A stretch of 29,647 nucleotides of DNA, from NCBI GenBank assembly GCA_012729875.1, contig JAAYCC010000016.1:1-29647 (forward strand). The letters run 5' to 3'. The notes below the pieces were generated by a model. The model was not told where the DNA came from and did no database searches. It saw only the letters and a list, made by a program, of their open reading frames with translations. Made by a program: the position numbers and the translations under genes. How positions within the stretch are numbered: position 1 is the stretch's first letter; each line of letters begins with the position of its first letter. Below are positions 28,606 through 29,647 of this stretch, piece after piece. Origin of the DNA: Clostridiales bacterium (lineage in GTDB: Bacteria > Bacillota > Clostridia > Oscillospirales > Oscillospiraceae).

Positions 28606-29115
28606 ATGGATTTTGAGAAGCTGGTCAAGGAGCGATATTCGCTCCGCAAATACTCAAATAGGCCGGTGGAGAGGGAAAAGCTTGACCTCATTCTTGAGTC
28701 AGCACGGGTAGCGCCGACGGCAAAAAACATTCAGCCACACTATTTGCTTGTTCTGCAAAGTGAGGAGGCACGCAAAAAGGCGGACGCGTGTATGGGTTCC
28801 CACTTTGATGCCCCGCTTATGATAATAGTGTCCTACGACCCCTCCGCCGAGTTTGTCCGCGAAGACGGGCAGCGCTTTGGAGAGATCGACGCAACAATCG
28901 CAGCCACACAAATGCTGCTGCAGGCGGCAGATATTGGAGTTGGCAGCTGCTATGTGGGGCTTTTTGATAAAAATGCACTTAAACAGAGCTTCGAGGAGCT
29001 TTCGGGACTGTCGCCGACCGCCGTTTTGTGCTTTGGCTATCCCGACGAGGGTGCCCATCCGTCCAGGCTGCATGGCGACAGAAGGAGCATTGACAAGATG
29101 GTGAAGTCTTTATAA
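28606..29115 (+). CDS. Nitroreductase family (FMN-dependent) protein
   Basis: RYSLRKYS..PVE, ARVAPTAKNIQP, LQAADIGVGSCYVG, LCFGYP. Confidence 0.88.
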   Translation: MDFEKLVKERYSLRKYSNRPVEREKLDLILESARVAPTAKNIQPHYLLVLQSEEARKKADACMGSHFDAPLMIIVSYDPSAEFVREDGQRFGEIDATIAATQMLLQAADIGVGSCYVGLFDKNALKQSFEELSGLSPTAVLCFGYPDEGAHPSRLHGDRRSIDKMVKSL

Positions 29116-29146
29116 CGCAGCTCCGATAAGTCTGTGAGCTCCGAAA

Positions 29147-29599
29147 TTACAGTGTCGACACAAGCCAATAAATGAGGCCGTACACAACGCTTGCCGAGGT
29201 GCCGTAGACGATTACCGGACCGGCTATTATGAACATTTTTGCTCCCGTACCGGTGACAAGCCCCTCTGTCTTGAATTCCAGAGCTGGAGAGACCATCGCA
29301 TTGGCAAAGCCGGTTATGGGGACCAAGGTGCCTGCGCCGCCGAATTTGGCGATGTCGTCGTAGGCGCCAAGACCTGTGAGCAGTGCGCCGAGGAATACGA
29401 GGGTCATGCTCATCAGAGTTCCCCTGAGATCTTTTGAGAGATCGAGAAGACCGTAGAGCATGAACAGCGCCTGCCCGACACAGCAGATCAGGCCGCCCAC
29501 GAGAAATGCCTTTAACGTGTCTACAAAAGTGTTGGAGTTCGGTGATTTTTTCTTGACGAACTCCGCGTATTGCCCCTTTGACATTTTAAAATACTGCAA
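29147..29599 (-). CDS. spoVAC: Stage V sporulation protein AC (dipicolinate uptake membrane protein)
   Basis: AFLVGGLIC, GLGAYDDIAKFGGAGTLVPITGFANAMVSPALEFKTEG, KMFIIAGPVIVYG; TTG 29599 fits the RBS spacing (alternative ATG 29584). Confidence 0.9.
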   Translation of the reverse strand: MQYFKMSKGQYAEFVKKKSPNSNTFVDTLKAFLVGGLICCVGQALFMLYGLLDLSKDLRGTLMSMTLVFLGALLTGLGAYDDIAKFGGAGTLVPITGFANAMVSPALEFKTEGLVTGTGAKMFIIAGPVIVYGTSASVVYGLIYWLVSTL

Positions 29600-29647
29600 A
29601 TAATCCTCCCCTTACGGAAAACTGCTGATAGTATTCCGCAAGGGGAG

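Noticed and set aside
29119-29144. AGCTCCGA direct repeat / weak hairpin between the convergent nitroreductase and spoVAC genes
   Set aside because: Only two 8-bp copies and a 5-bp stem; not enough to call a terminator or repeat family.

Overview
Core chromosomal region of a spore-forming Bacillota/Clostridia bacterium, most likely Oscillospiraceae-like (inferred from protein styles and spoVAC). On the minus strand: an array of five tRNA genes (Gly-Arg-His-Gln-Lys), a stand-alone Smr-domain gene, iorB, iorA and a DUF1846 gene. Divergently on the plus strand: secA-pgeF-family 5 solute-binding lipoprotein-cdd-LysR, then the complete S10-spc-alpha ribosomal protein supercluster (rpsJ to rplQ, including secY, adk, map, a KOW/L14e-like gene, infA, rpoA), a nitroreductase, and a convergent spoVAC at the right edge. 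I see no mobile element gene, CRISPR array or defence system, and no clearly new multi-gene system. The most interesting unexplained signals are non-coding or protein tails: (1) a 297-nt highly structured insert between rpsJ and rplC, (2) an extended S10 leader with a terminator-like hairpin, (3) a hairpin-tiled spacer before rpsH, (4) an 86-aa RGG/YNRGG repeat tail on uS3 and a duplicated-motif tail on uL3, (5) an inverted repeat that sequesters the spoVAC RBS and has a sigmaG/F-like -10 at its loop, (6) a SecA metal-binding motif with a 7-aa insertion, and (7) the DUF1846-iorAB and pgeF-SBP-cdd gene pairings. All folding and motif calls were made by eye; no searches were run.
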